35,528 bases of DNA from Sphingobacteriales bacterium. GTDB lineage: Bacteria > Bacteroidota > Bacteroidia > Chitinophagales > Chitinophagaceae. The translations under genes and the position numbers were made by a program. This document shows positions 20,603 through 28,875 of the stretch, one piece after another. The stretch covers positions 1 through 35,528 of the forward strand of contig CANHUD010000001.1 in NCBI GenBank assembly GCA_947463665.1. The letters are read 5' to 3'. The stretch's first letter is position 1. Each line of letters opens with the position of its first letter. The notes under the pieces were generated by a model. It saw only the letters and a list, made by a program, of their open reading frames with translations. It did not search any database and was not told the origin of the DNA.

Positions 20603-20660
20603 CGGGCCGGAAAATTAAGCATTTCCGGCCACGATGATGTAAAATTATCGGCGCTATACA

Positions 20661-22811
20661 CTAGTTAAAAAAGACTTCATCCAAAAATACCCATCCCTTC
20701 GTTCCGCGTCCGTCATGCCAGCTGGGAAGCTTCTGTACGTTAAGAAGCTTTAATCGGAAATAACGATAACTTCCATTTACCGGTAACCGCTGCAGCTCTA
20801 TTCTGTTCATCTGATGCTGTGATGGCTGAACGGGAATTACTTCCGAAATCTTTTTCATATTCACCGAATCCTGTCCGGCCCATAATTCCACCCGTTGGGG
20901 TGGCATGATGTAGGAACCTGTATTCTTTAGCGTACTAACCAGAACCTCTCCAATCTGTTTAGACTCACTGAATCCGCAAAGTAGTTCAAATGGATTTTCT
21001 TTGGTGCCGATGAAACCTTCCCTGAAATTACCAGGATCACCTTTACGGTTGTCAAAAAGAGTGGCCTCTTTCTGTGCCGTATAATTCTTATCGGGCGGAA
21101 GAACAAAACGCGTGAAGGTAGGATTGAAGGCCGATCGTACAAAAAATGTATGATCGGTTGTATCACTGGTAAGCCATCCTGGTCTCACCGTAATGGTTCG
21201 GACTCTTGTGGCCCGGGTAAAATGAAGCGGTGTGGAATAAGCGGGTGACCTTAGACTGTCGGGTGCGGAACCATCCAGCGTATACCGGATGATGGCACCG
21301 GGCATGGGATGCTTAAAACGCACGGAATCTTTGGGCCCTAAAACAAAAAAATCATTGTCTGCCAACAGGGCAGTGGTTAACTGAAGCAGTTCGTTCTTAT
21401 CCGGTACAAAACCAAGATACCAGTTCAGCCGGGTATTTCTCGTCTTCAGTTTCGTAACTCCCGCAGAATCCATAACAGTGTTCCAGCAATATACCTGTCG
21501 TAGCGACGGGATAGAACCAGCGAGCTGCTCAAAGCCGGAAAATGCGACTTTCGTATTAGAGAGGGCCAGCGAATAAAGTGCCCGGTTTTCTTTCAGTTTT
21601 TCCAATCCCTTTTCGGTAATATCCGTCCCGTTCAGGTTCAGAATTTCCAGATTCTGGAACTCCCGTAACAAGGAAACATCCTCATCTTTCAGCGGCATAT
21701 TGGCCAGATTGATCTGCACCACCTGTTGACGGATTCCATTTAACTTTTTTAGCAGATCTACGGTAAATCCTGAACGAATCAGAAAACGAACCTGCAATGC
21801 CGGAGAACCGGCTGCTACCGGAGAGATATAGCAATAAGGCGACTGTGCAGCTTCGATATCACTTGAAGAAGCAGCGGCAAATCCATAGGATTTTGCAACA
21901 CTAGCGGGTTTCTGAATGAATCGAGCCAGAAATATCCGGAAACTATCCTGCACCGGGTAGTCTGAAATTCGTTTGCTCACATCGGCCCCAGACTGGATCC
22001 ATGCCTCAATGAGTTCCTGTTCCCGCTTGGTAACCTGTGCCTTGCCTTTGGGAGGCATGTGTTTTTTATCTTCTTCCGGCAGATCCAGTCGCTCCACAAT
22101 ATGGCTGTTCAGCGGATCTCCTGCCACCCATAGTTTCCCGGTCTTACCACCTTTCAGCAGTTGTTCTACAGATGTCATCACCAGCTCTCCCTTTGATTTC
22201 TGGTTATTGTGGCAGGAATAACATTTGTTTCGCAACACTGGTTCGACCAGGGCTGCATAAACCATAGAGGTGTCAGTGATTTCCACAGAAGGCACCTCTT
22301 CTTTTTCTGAACGGAAAGAAAGAAAATCTTCACCGTGTGTGAGTACTCCACCCTGATGGCTCCCCCAAACCAGTACCACCATGGACGCTGTGCTGGTTAG
22401 AATAAGCCAGCGTTCAGCAGATGGTTGCCTGTAGATCAGGAAAACCAGGTAAGCAAGAACAGAAATGGCAACACCTGACCATTGATGCCGGGTTAAGGTG
22501 TTCTCATCATACCCGCCTTCCGTAGAAAGAAAAAGACCAAGAAGTGCTGTGGCCGCAGCAGAAAGTGCTCCAAGAAAAAACAACAGCTGAAAAATACTCC
22601 GCTGCTGAATTCCCAGTTTCCCGCGGAAAAAATACAGCAATATGCTCACCAGCATCAGTGCCAGCGGGAAGTGCAGGAGTACAGGATGCAAGCGTCCCAT
22701 CAGCGAAAGCCATTCTGGTACCACCAGCTTGTCGGATACCAGCGATAGGAAAACAAGCAGGATATTCAGACAAAGAAGCAGGTATAAAAGTATCTGTTTG
22801 ATCGATTTCAT
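20661..22811 (-). CDS. Multidomain membrane protein: DUF2231-like His-containing TM domain, planctomycete-type cytochrome c, LRR-like repeats, Fn3/chitobiase-C domain, discoidin-like C-terminus
   Basis: GRLHPVLLHFP and HQGGVLTHG in TM helices; CYSCH (22209-22223) with downstream HMPP; LEILNLNGTDITEKGL/LYSLALSNTKV repeats; IRYTLDGSAP; C-terminal WVFLDEVFFN. Confidence 0.8.
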   Translation of the reverse strand: MKSIKQILLYLLLCLNILLVFLSLVSDKLVVPEWLSLMGRLHPVLLHFPLALMLVSILLYFFRGKLGIQQRSIFQLLFFLGALSAAATALLGLFLSTEGGYDENTLTRHQWSGVAISVLAYLVFLIYRQPSAERWLILTSTASMVVLVWGSHQGGVLTHGEDFLSFRSEKEEVPSVEITDTSMVYAALVEPVLRNKCYSCHNNQKSKGELVMTSVEQLLKGGKTGKLWVAGDPLNSHIVERLDLPEEDKKHMPPKGKAQVTKREQELIEAWIQSGADVSKRISDYPVQDSFRIFLARFIQKPASVAKSYGFAAASSSDIEAAQSPYCYISPVAAGSPALQVRFLIRSGFTVDLLKKLNGIRQQVVQINLANMPLKDEDVSLLREFQNLEILNLNGTDITEKGLEKLKENRALYSLALSNTKVAFSGFEQLAGSIPSLRQVYCWNTVMDSAGVTKLKTRNTRLNWYLGFVPDKNELLQLTTALLADNDFFVLGPKDSVRFKHPMPGAIIRYTLDGSAPDSLRSPAYSTPLHFTRATRVRTITVRPGWLTSDTTDHTFFVRSAFNPTFTRFVLPPDKNYTAQKEATLFDNRKGDPGNFREGFIGTKENPFELLCGFSESKQIGEVLVSTLKNTGSYIMPPQRVELWAGQDSVNMKKISEVIPVQPSQHQMNRIELQRLPVNGSYRYFRLKLLNVQKLPSWHDGRGTKGWVFLDEVFFN

Positions 22812-22813
22812 AC

Positions 22814-24268
22814 CTACGCCATTAATCCATCAATAACATTCCCCGCAATATCGGTCAGTCGGTACCTGCGCCCCAGATGCTTAAAGGTCAGTTTCTCATG
22901 ATCCAGACCTAGCAGATGCAACAGCGTAGCGTGCAGATCGTGCACAGAAACCGGGTCTTTTACGATGTTGTATCCAAATTCGTCAGTCTCCCCGTAAACA
23001 GTACCCGGCTTGATTCCGCCTCCGGCCATCCAGATGGAAAAACAACGCGGATGATGATCCCGACCATAGTTATCCTTGCTGAAGGTTCCCTGATTGTAGT
23101 TGGTTCTGCCAAACTCACCTCCCCAGATAACGAGTGTTTCATCAAGTAGGCCACGCTGTTTCAGGTCCATAATCAGACCGGCAGAAGCTCTGTCCACATC
23201 TTTCGCCTGCATGGGCATCTCATTCACCAGATTACCATGCATATCCCATCCCTGGTGATACAACTGAACAAATCGAACGCCGGATTCGGATAGTTTTCTG
23301 GCGAGCAGACAGTTGGCTGCAAATGTTCCCGGTACAAGCGCATCGGATCCATACATCCGAATGATATGATCCGGTTCTCTTGACATATCGGTAAGTTCCG
23401 GAACCGCGGTCTGCATTCGGTAGGCCATTTCATACTGCTGAATCTTATTGGCAATCTCCGGATCCCCAAAATGCTGATAGGCCAGTTCGTTCAGACTTCC
23501 GATCTGGTCTAACATGGATCTGCGGGAAATTTTATCCTGCCCCTCCGGATTATTCAGATATAAAACGGGATCTTCTCCGCTGCTGAATACTACGCCCTGG
23601 TGGCTTGACTCCAGAAAGCCATTGCTCCATAATTTGGAATATACGCCCTGTCCGTTCCCTTTTCCTTTAGACAGCAATACACAATAGGAGGGGAGATTCT
23701 TGTTTTCGCTACCCAGTCCGTAACTCAGCCAGGCACCCATACTCGGACGGTTCCCCTGCTGGGCTCCCGTCTGAAAGAAGGTAAGGGCCGGATCGTGGTT
23801 GATCGCTTCCGTATGAACGGTTTTTACAATGCAAATGTCATCCGCAATGCTCGCAATATTTGGAAACAGATCACTTATCCATGCTCCAGATTGCCCATGC
23901 TGATGAAAGGGGAAGCGTGAACCTACCAGTGGGAATTTTTGCTGGTTAGCTGTCATCCCGGTAAGTCGCTGTCCCATTCGGATAGAGGCAGGAAGATCCT
24001 GTCCCTCCATTTGGTTTAGCATGGGTTTGTAATCAAAACTCTCGAGTTGGGAGGGAGCACCATTTTGGAAAAGATAGATGACCCGTTTGGCTTTAGGCGC
24101 AAAATGAGGAATACCCAGAGGCAGACTCTGTTCTTCCGCTCCGGATCCTTTGAGCAGGCCGGGGGCCAATAAGGATCCTAGACCAATGGTTCCTAAACTT
24201 AGTCCCGCACCGGTAAGAAAACGCCGGCGTGTTACATTCAATCGGTAGTTATGAAGATCCTGTTTCAT
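22814..24268 (-). CDS. DUF1501 family protein (sulfatase/alkaline-phosphatase-like), Tat-exported
   Basis: Twin-arginine signal TRRRFL; HFAPKAKRVIYLFQNGAPSQLESFDYKP; AINHDPA; GWDMH; GGEFGRT; GRDHHP; DLHATLLHLLG. Confidence 0.9.
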   Translation of the reverse strand: MKQDLHNYRLNVTRRRFLTGAGLSLGTIGLGSLLAPGLLKGSGAEEQSLPLGIPHFAPKAKRVIYLFQNGAPSQLESFDYKPMLNQMEGQDLPASIRMGQRLTGMTANQQKFPLVGSRFPFHQHGQSGAWISDLFPNIASIADDICIVKTVHTEAINHDPALTFFQTGAQQGNRPSMGAWLSYGLGSENKNLPSYCVLLSKGKGNGQGVYSKLWSNGFLESSHQGVVFSSGEDPVLYLNNPEGQDKISRRSMLDQIGSLNELAYQHFGDPEIANKIQQYEMAYRMQTAVPELTDMSREPDHIIRMYGSDALVPGTFAANCLLARKLSESGVRFVQLYHQGWDMHGNLVNEMPMQAKDVDRASAGLIMDLKQRGLLDETLVIWGGEFGRTNYNQGTFSKDNYGRDHHPRCFSIWMAGGGIKPGTVYGETDEFGYNIVKDPVSVHDLHATLLHLLGLDHEKLTFKHLGRRYRLTDIAGNVIDGLMA

Positions 24269-26604
24269 TAGTATTTATTTCCGCTTTCGTCAAGATTAAA
24301 GATTGTATGTACAACCTGCATCAGCGCTGCTGCTTTAGGCTCATTCAGTTTCGGTACTCTCGGATATTCACCCATGGAGAGCCATTTTGCCGCACGTGCA
24401 GGTTGAGCCGCAAACTGCTGTTGCTCCCGGTCAAAATAATCCAGCAGCATGCTGCTCTCTTTTTTCGTCGGATTCCGGCAAACAATGGCTTTGAATATGG
24501 AGCGAATGAGTACTTCATCGGATAGACCTTTCGACAAATATCGTTCTGCCATCACGCGGGAGGCTTCCAGCACCTGTGGGTCATTCATCAGCACCAGTGC
24601 CTGTAACGGAGTGCTGGTCAGTGTCCGGCTCACTTCGCACTGATCCCGGTTACTGGCATCAAACACCAGCAGGGAAGGGGGGGGTACGGTGCGCTTGATA
24701 AACGTGTAGAGCGTACGGCGATACAGACTGTCCCCGTGATCTTGCACATACTTGGCTAACTGGCCCCTTCCGGAGGTACTCGCCTCCCAGATTCCTCTGG
24801 GCTGATAGGGTTTCATACTGGGCCCGCCGATTTCCCGGACCAGTAGTCCGCTGGCAGCCAGCACCAGATCCCGTTGCTCTTCTGCGCTCATACGTTTGCG
24901 AGAAAACCTAGATAGCCAGACATTCTCCGGATCACGTTCTCTTTTTCTGTTGGTAACTTCTGCTGACTGTTGATAGGTGGCCGATAAAACGATCTGCTTC
25001 ACCAGTCGCTTGATATCCCATCCATTTTCAGCAAAATCCACTGCCAGCCAGTCCAGCAATTCCGGATGGGTAGGTAATTCACCCTGCATGCCAAAATCGC
25101 CAACCGTCTTGACAATACCTCTTCCAAAAAACTGAGCCCAGACACGGTTGACAAATACCCGTGAAGTAAGAGGATTGTCTTTATGAAACAGCCACTGTGC
25201 CAGCCCTAAACGGTTTTGAGGATACCGGGAAAGGTCAAAGGGTAATACGGAAGCGGGTGTTGCAAAAGGAACCGTATCGGCCGGAGCATCATAGGCACCC
25301 CTGCTCAGCAACCGGGTTGGCCGTCCTTTTTCAAGATCTTTCATCACCATTACGGTTACCGGAGCGGTGTCCTTTTTGTTAATGAACCTCAAAACAGAAT
25401 CCACTTGTCTACTCGTAATCTGGATCACAGGAGGATCTCCAAGTGAAGCCAGGCTGATATCGCCTACAAACCCTTTTTCCTCCACCTGGTTAAAAAAGGC
25501 AAAGGTGCCATAATAGTCACGCTGAGAAATCGGATCGTATTTGTGATCATGACATTTCGAACATTCAAACGTCAGGGCAAGAAAGGCTTTGCCGAATGTG
25601 TTGGTTCGGTCTGTGACATATTCTACCCTATACTCCTCATCAATCACTCCACCTTCCTGGGTAATCTTATGATTCCTGTTAAACCCTGTAGCCATCACCT
25701 GCTCGATCGATGGATTCGGCATCAGATCGCCGGCGAGCTGCCACTGCACAAATTGTTTGTAGGAGTAATTCTTGTTAAAGGCATGGATCACCCAATCCCT
25801 CCAGGGCCACATGGTACGAAGCCCGTCATCCTGATAGCCATGGCTGTCGGCATACCTTGACAGATCCAGCCAGGGAACAGCCATTCTTTCCCCATAATGG
25901 GGTGATTTCAGCAATTCATCCACCATTCGTTCATAGGCCTGCGGCGAATCATCTTTGAGAAATCGGTCCTGCATTTCCTGCGAAGGTGGAAGGCCGGTCA
26001 GATCAATGCTCACGCGCTTGAGAAGCCGCTCTTTATCGGCTTCATCTGAAGGACTAAACCCTCTCTGTTCCATAGCGGCCAGCACGAAATGATCAAAAGG
26101 CTGCTTCGGCCAGTCGGTCTGGTCTACTTTGGGCAATGCCGGTTTCACCGGGGGAATGAACGCCCAGTGCTTTTTGTATTTGGCTCCCTGTTTGATCCAT
26201 TTTTCTATAAGCCGGATCTCATAATCGTTCAGTGGAAGATTTTCTGAGGGCGGCGGCATAAGCTCTGCCGTATCCGTTGTAATGAGTCGGGCATACATGG
26301 CAGATCTGGAAGGATCTCCCGGCACAATTGCATGCTGGCCGGCATTTTCTTTCAGCGCGGCATATGCTCCCTCTTCCGTATCAAGTCGCAATCCGGCTTC
26401 CCGCTTGTTGGCATCCGGACCATGGCATTTAAAACAACGATCAGATAAAATAGGCCGAACATGGAAATTATAATCCACCACATCCGGCAGTACATTGCCA
26501 GATCCCGTTTCCGAAGAAGCGGATGCATTGCCCATTCCATACCACAAGGCTGTAATTCCGGCGGCAATACCACCCAGAATCAGCAATTTTCGTTGAATCC
26601 CCAT
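24268..26604 (-). CDS. PSD1 (DUF1553)/DUF1549 and planctomycete cytochrome c domain protein
   Basis: VRPILSDRCFKCHGPD (heme 1, 26422-26436), HWAFIPP, DLTGLPP, WLDLSRYADSHG, CSKCHDHKYDP (heme 2, 25549-25563), NRVWAQFFGRG, THPELLDWLA, TPLQAL. Confidence 0.92.
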   Translation of the reverse strand: MGIQRKLLILGGIAAGITALWYGMGNASASSETGSGNVLPDVVDYNFHVRPILSDRCFKCHGPDANKREAGLRLDTEEGAYAALKENAGQHAIVPGDPSRSAMYARLITTDTAELMPPPSENLPLNDYEIRLIEKWIKQGAKYKKHWAFIPPVKPALPKVDQTDWPKQPFDHFVLAAMEQRGFSPSDEADKERLLKRVSIDLTGLPPSQEMQDRFLKDDSPQAYERMVDELLKSPHYGERMAVPWLDLSRYADSHGYQDDGLRTMWPWRDWVIHAFNKNYSYKQFVQWQLAGDLMPNPSIEQVMATGFNRNHKITQEGGVIDEEYRVEYVTDRTNTFGKAFLALTFECSKCHDHKYDPISQRDYYGTFAFFNQVEEKGFVGDISLASLGDPPVIQITSRQVDSVLRFINKKDTAPVTVMVMKDLEKGRPTRLLSRGAYDAPADTVPFATPASVLPFDLSRYPQNRLGLAQWLFHKDNPLTSRVFVNRVWAQFFGRGIVKTVGDFGMQGELPTHPELLDWLAVDFAENGWDIKRLVKQIVLSATYQQSAEVTNRKRERDPENVWLSRFSRKRMSAEEQRDLVLAASGLLVREIGGPSMKPYQPRGIWEASTSGRGQLAKYVQDHGDSLYRRTLYTFIKRTVPPPSLLVFDASNRDQCEVSRTLTSTPLQALVLMNDPQVLEASRVMAERYLSKGLSDEVLIRSIFKAIVCRNPTKKESSMLLDYFDREQQQFAAQPARAAKWLSMGEYPRVPKLNEPKAAALMQVVHTIFNLDESGNKY

Positions 26605-26799
26605 AATAGTTTGATAAAAACCTGAGCAAAATATAACAAAAATCGCATTGGCAGCTGATGATATTTATCATAATCCTTCAAAATATTAGCCGTTGTTCAA
26701 CACTACTCGATAGCATAGGTTTGTAACTGATACCTTTTAGCTGTAACGCTGGCTAAGCATGATAGGCTGGCAGACAGATACGAATTGCTCTGTCATACC

Positions 26800-26827
26800 C
26801 TTTAAAATCTGGAAACAGATTTTAAAG
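26800..26827. repeat. Perfect 12-bp inverted repeat with GAAA loop
   Basis: CTTTAAAATCTG-GAAA-CAGATTTTAAAG in the divergent intergenic region. Confidence 0.85.
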
Positions 26828-26879
26828 CCTTTCTGGGACTTTAATGACAAACTTTGAATCAAAGTGTTATTTTTACACA

Positions 26880-28865
26880 ATGATGAACCAGCATTCGAAG
26901 AGGAGGGTGTGGATCGTCCTCCTGCTTCTTTTTTATATGCCCGTCTTTGCACAATTTGAAGATAAGAACCGCTTCCCGCTGTATACAGGGGATGATCTGG
27001 GTATGACGCTCACACCCGAAGGTTTTCGATTCAGAATCTGGGCTCCCCTTGCAGACGAGGTACAGCTTTCCCTCTATAAAACATCCCTTGGGGGCGATCC
27101 TCTTCAACGGATCAATATGCAGAAAGCAGAAAACGGTACCTGGATCATCGGGGTACCGGGAGAGCGGAATGGGATGTTCTATACATTTAGAACCCGGATA
27201 GCCGGTAAATGGAATGATGAAGTGCCGGATCCGTATGTAAAACTGGTAGGGGTAAACGGAAGAAGAGGATACATCGGCGATCTTCAGAAAACAAATCCGA
27301 AAAACTGGTCTTCTGATCTTTCTCCGGCATTCAGACAGGCAACCGATGCCATCATCTATGAACTGCATGTCAGAGATGCAAGTATCCATCCCTCTTCAGG
27401 TATTATGGCAAAGGGGAAGTTCATGGGGCTAACAGAAAAGGGGAGTACGAACCAATTTGGTTTAACTACGGGCATCGATCACCTACGTGAACTGGGAGTC
27501 ACCCATGTTCATCTTCTCCCAAGCTATGATTTCTTCACCATTGATGAAACTAAAACAGATTCCCCCCAATACAACTGGGGCTATGATCCTTTAAATTACA
27601 ATGTTCCGGAAGGATCATATGCAACTGATCCGTTCAGTCCATATGACAGAATCCGTGAATTCAAGGAATTGATTCAGGCGCTCCACAGACAGGGCATCCG
27701 GGTGGTGATGGATGTAGTATACAATCATACTATGCTAACGGAAAACTCATGGTTCAATCAGCTGGTTCCCGGCTATTATTACCGTCAAAACAAGGCTGGA
27801 GGGTTTTCCAACGCATCTGCCTGTAACAATGAAACCGCCAGTGAACGGCCTATGATGCGAAAGTTCATATTGGAGTCCGTTCAATACTGGGTTAAAGAAT
27901 TTCATATCGATGGATTTCGTTTTGATCTGATGGGTATTCACGATATCGAGACCATGAATACTATAGCTGCTGAATTGCGAAAAATAAAGCCGGATATTCT
28001 TCTGTACGGGGAAGGTTGGACCGCCGGTGCCAGCCCTCTTCCGGATGAACAGCGGGCATTGAAAAAAAATGCTTCCCTGCTGAAGGATATTGCAGTGTTC
28101 AGTGATGATATCCGGGACGGTATAAAAGGCAGTGTATTTGATCATCACGATAAAGGGTTCGCAACAGGTAAGCCTGCTATGGAACCTTCTGTCATGTTTG
28201 GTATTGCAGGAGCAGTTCGACACCCGCAGGTAGATGTTGCAAAAGTGAATTATTCAAAAGATTTCTATGCCGCTTCGCCCACTCAGGTCATCAGCTACTG
28301 TGAATGTCATGATAACCATGTCCTCTGGGATAAGATCCGCATTTCTTCTCCGGAAGCATCCCCTGAACTTCACCGGCAAATGCACAAGCTTTCACTGGCA
28401 ATTGTGCTGACATCCCAGGGGATCAGTTTTTTACATGCGGGTACAGAATTCCTGCGCTCCAAGCAGGGAGTAGAAAACTCTTTTCAGTCGCCGGATAGCA
28501 TCAACGCAATCGACTGGAACCTGAAGCATGACAATAAAGATGTTTTTGAGTGGGTAAAAGGACTGATAGCATTGCGTAAAGCCCATCCTGCTTTTCGGAT
28601 GACCCGTGCTGACGATGTTCGGAAAGCACTTCGGTTTCATGAGCATTCCAACGGACTGATCAGTTTTACGCTGGATGGTACCATCTCAAAAGATTCGTGG
28701 AAAAAAATATTCATTGCTTTTAATGGAACCGCTCAGCCTAAAAAACCGGAAATACCAACCGGTAAATGGCGTATTTTTGCTATGGACAATGTCTTATCAA
28801 AAGGCAGACTGACCCTTTCTCCAACCCTGGCCCCTTACTCAGCCCTGATTTTATTTGAACGTTAA
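26880..28865 (+). CDS. pulA: Type I pullulanase (GH13), secreted
   Basis: Signal peptide; CBM48-like FRIWAP; IYELHVRD; YNWGYDP signature; MDVVYNH; DGFRFDLMG; YGEGW; CHDN. The start is most likely 26880 or 26883. Confidence 0.95.
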   Translation: MMNQHSKRRVWIVLLLLFYMPVFAQFEDKNRFPLYTGDDLGMTLTPEGFRFRIWAPLADEVQLSLYKTSLGGDPLQRINMQKAENGTWIIGVPGERNGMFYTFRTRIAGKWNDEVPDPYVKLVGVNGRRGYIGDLQKTNPKNWSSDLSPAFRQATDAIIYELHVRDASIHPSSGIMAKGKFMGLTEKGSTNQFGLTTGIDHLRELGVTHVHLLPSYDFFTIDETKTDSPQYNWGYDPLNYNVPEGSYATDPFSPYDRIREFKELIQALHRQGIRVVMDVVYNHTMLTENSWFNQLVPGYYYRQNKAGGFSNASACNNETASERPMMRKFILESVQYWVKEFHIDGFRFDLMGIHDIETMNTIAAELRKIKPDILLYGEGWTAGASPLPDEQRALKKNASLLKDIAVFSDDIRDGIKGSVFDHHDKGFATGKPAMEPSVMFGIAGAVRHPQVDVAKVNYSKDFYAASPTQVISYCECHDNHVLWDKIRISSPEASPELHRQMHKLSLAIVLTSQGISFLHAGTEFLRSKQGVENSFQSPDSINAIDWNLKHDNKDVFEWVKGLIALRKAHPAFRMTRADDVRKALRFHEHSNGLISFTLDGTISKDSWKKIFIAFNGTAQPKKPEIPTGKWRIFAMDNVLSKGRLTLSPTLAPYSALILFER

Positions 28866-28875
28866 ATTGTGGATG

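Noticed and set aside
20661-26604. Possibility that the cytochrome/DUF1501 operon is a mobile island
   Set aside because: No integrase, transposase, tRNA or flanking direct repeats were seen, and its composition looks like that of its neighbours.
26765-26840. TPP riboswitch-like fragment (CATACCC...CTGGAAACAG)
   Set aside because: It lacks the conserved CTGAGA and GAACCTGA...TAATAC elements, and no thiamine gene lies downstream.
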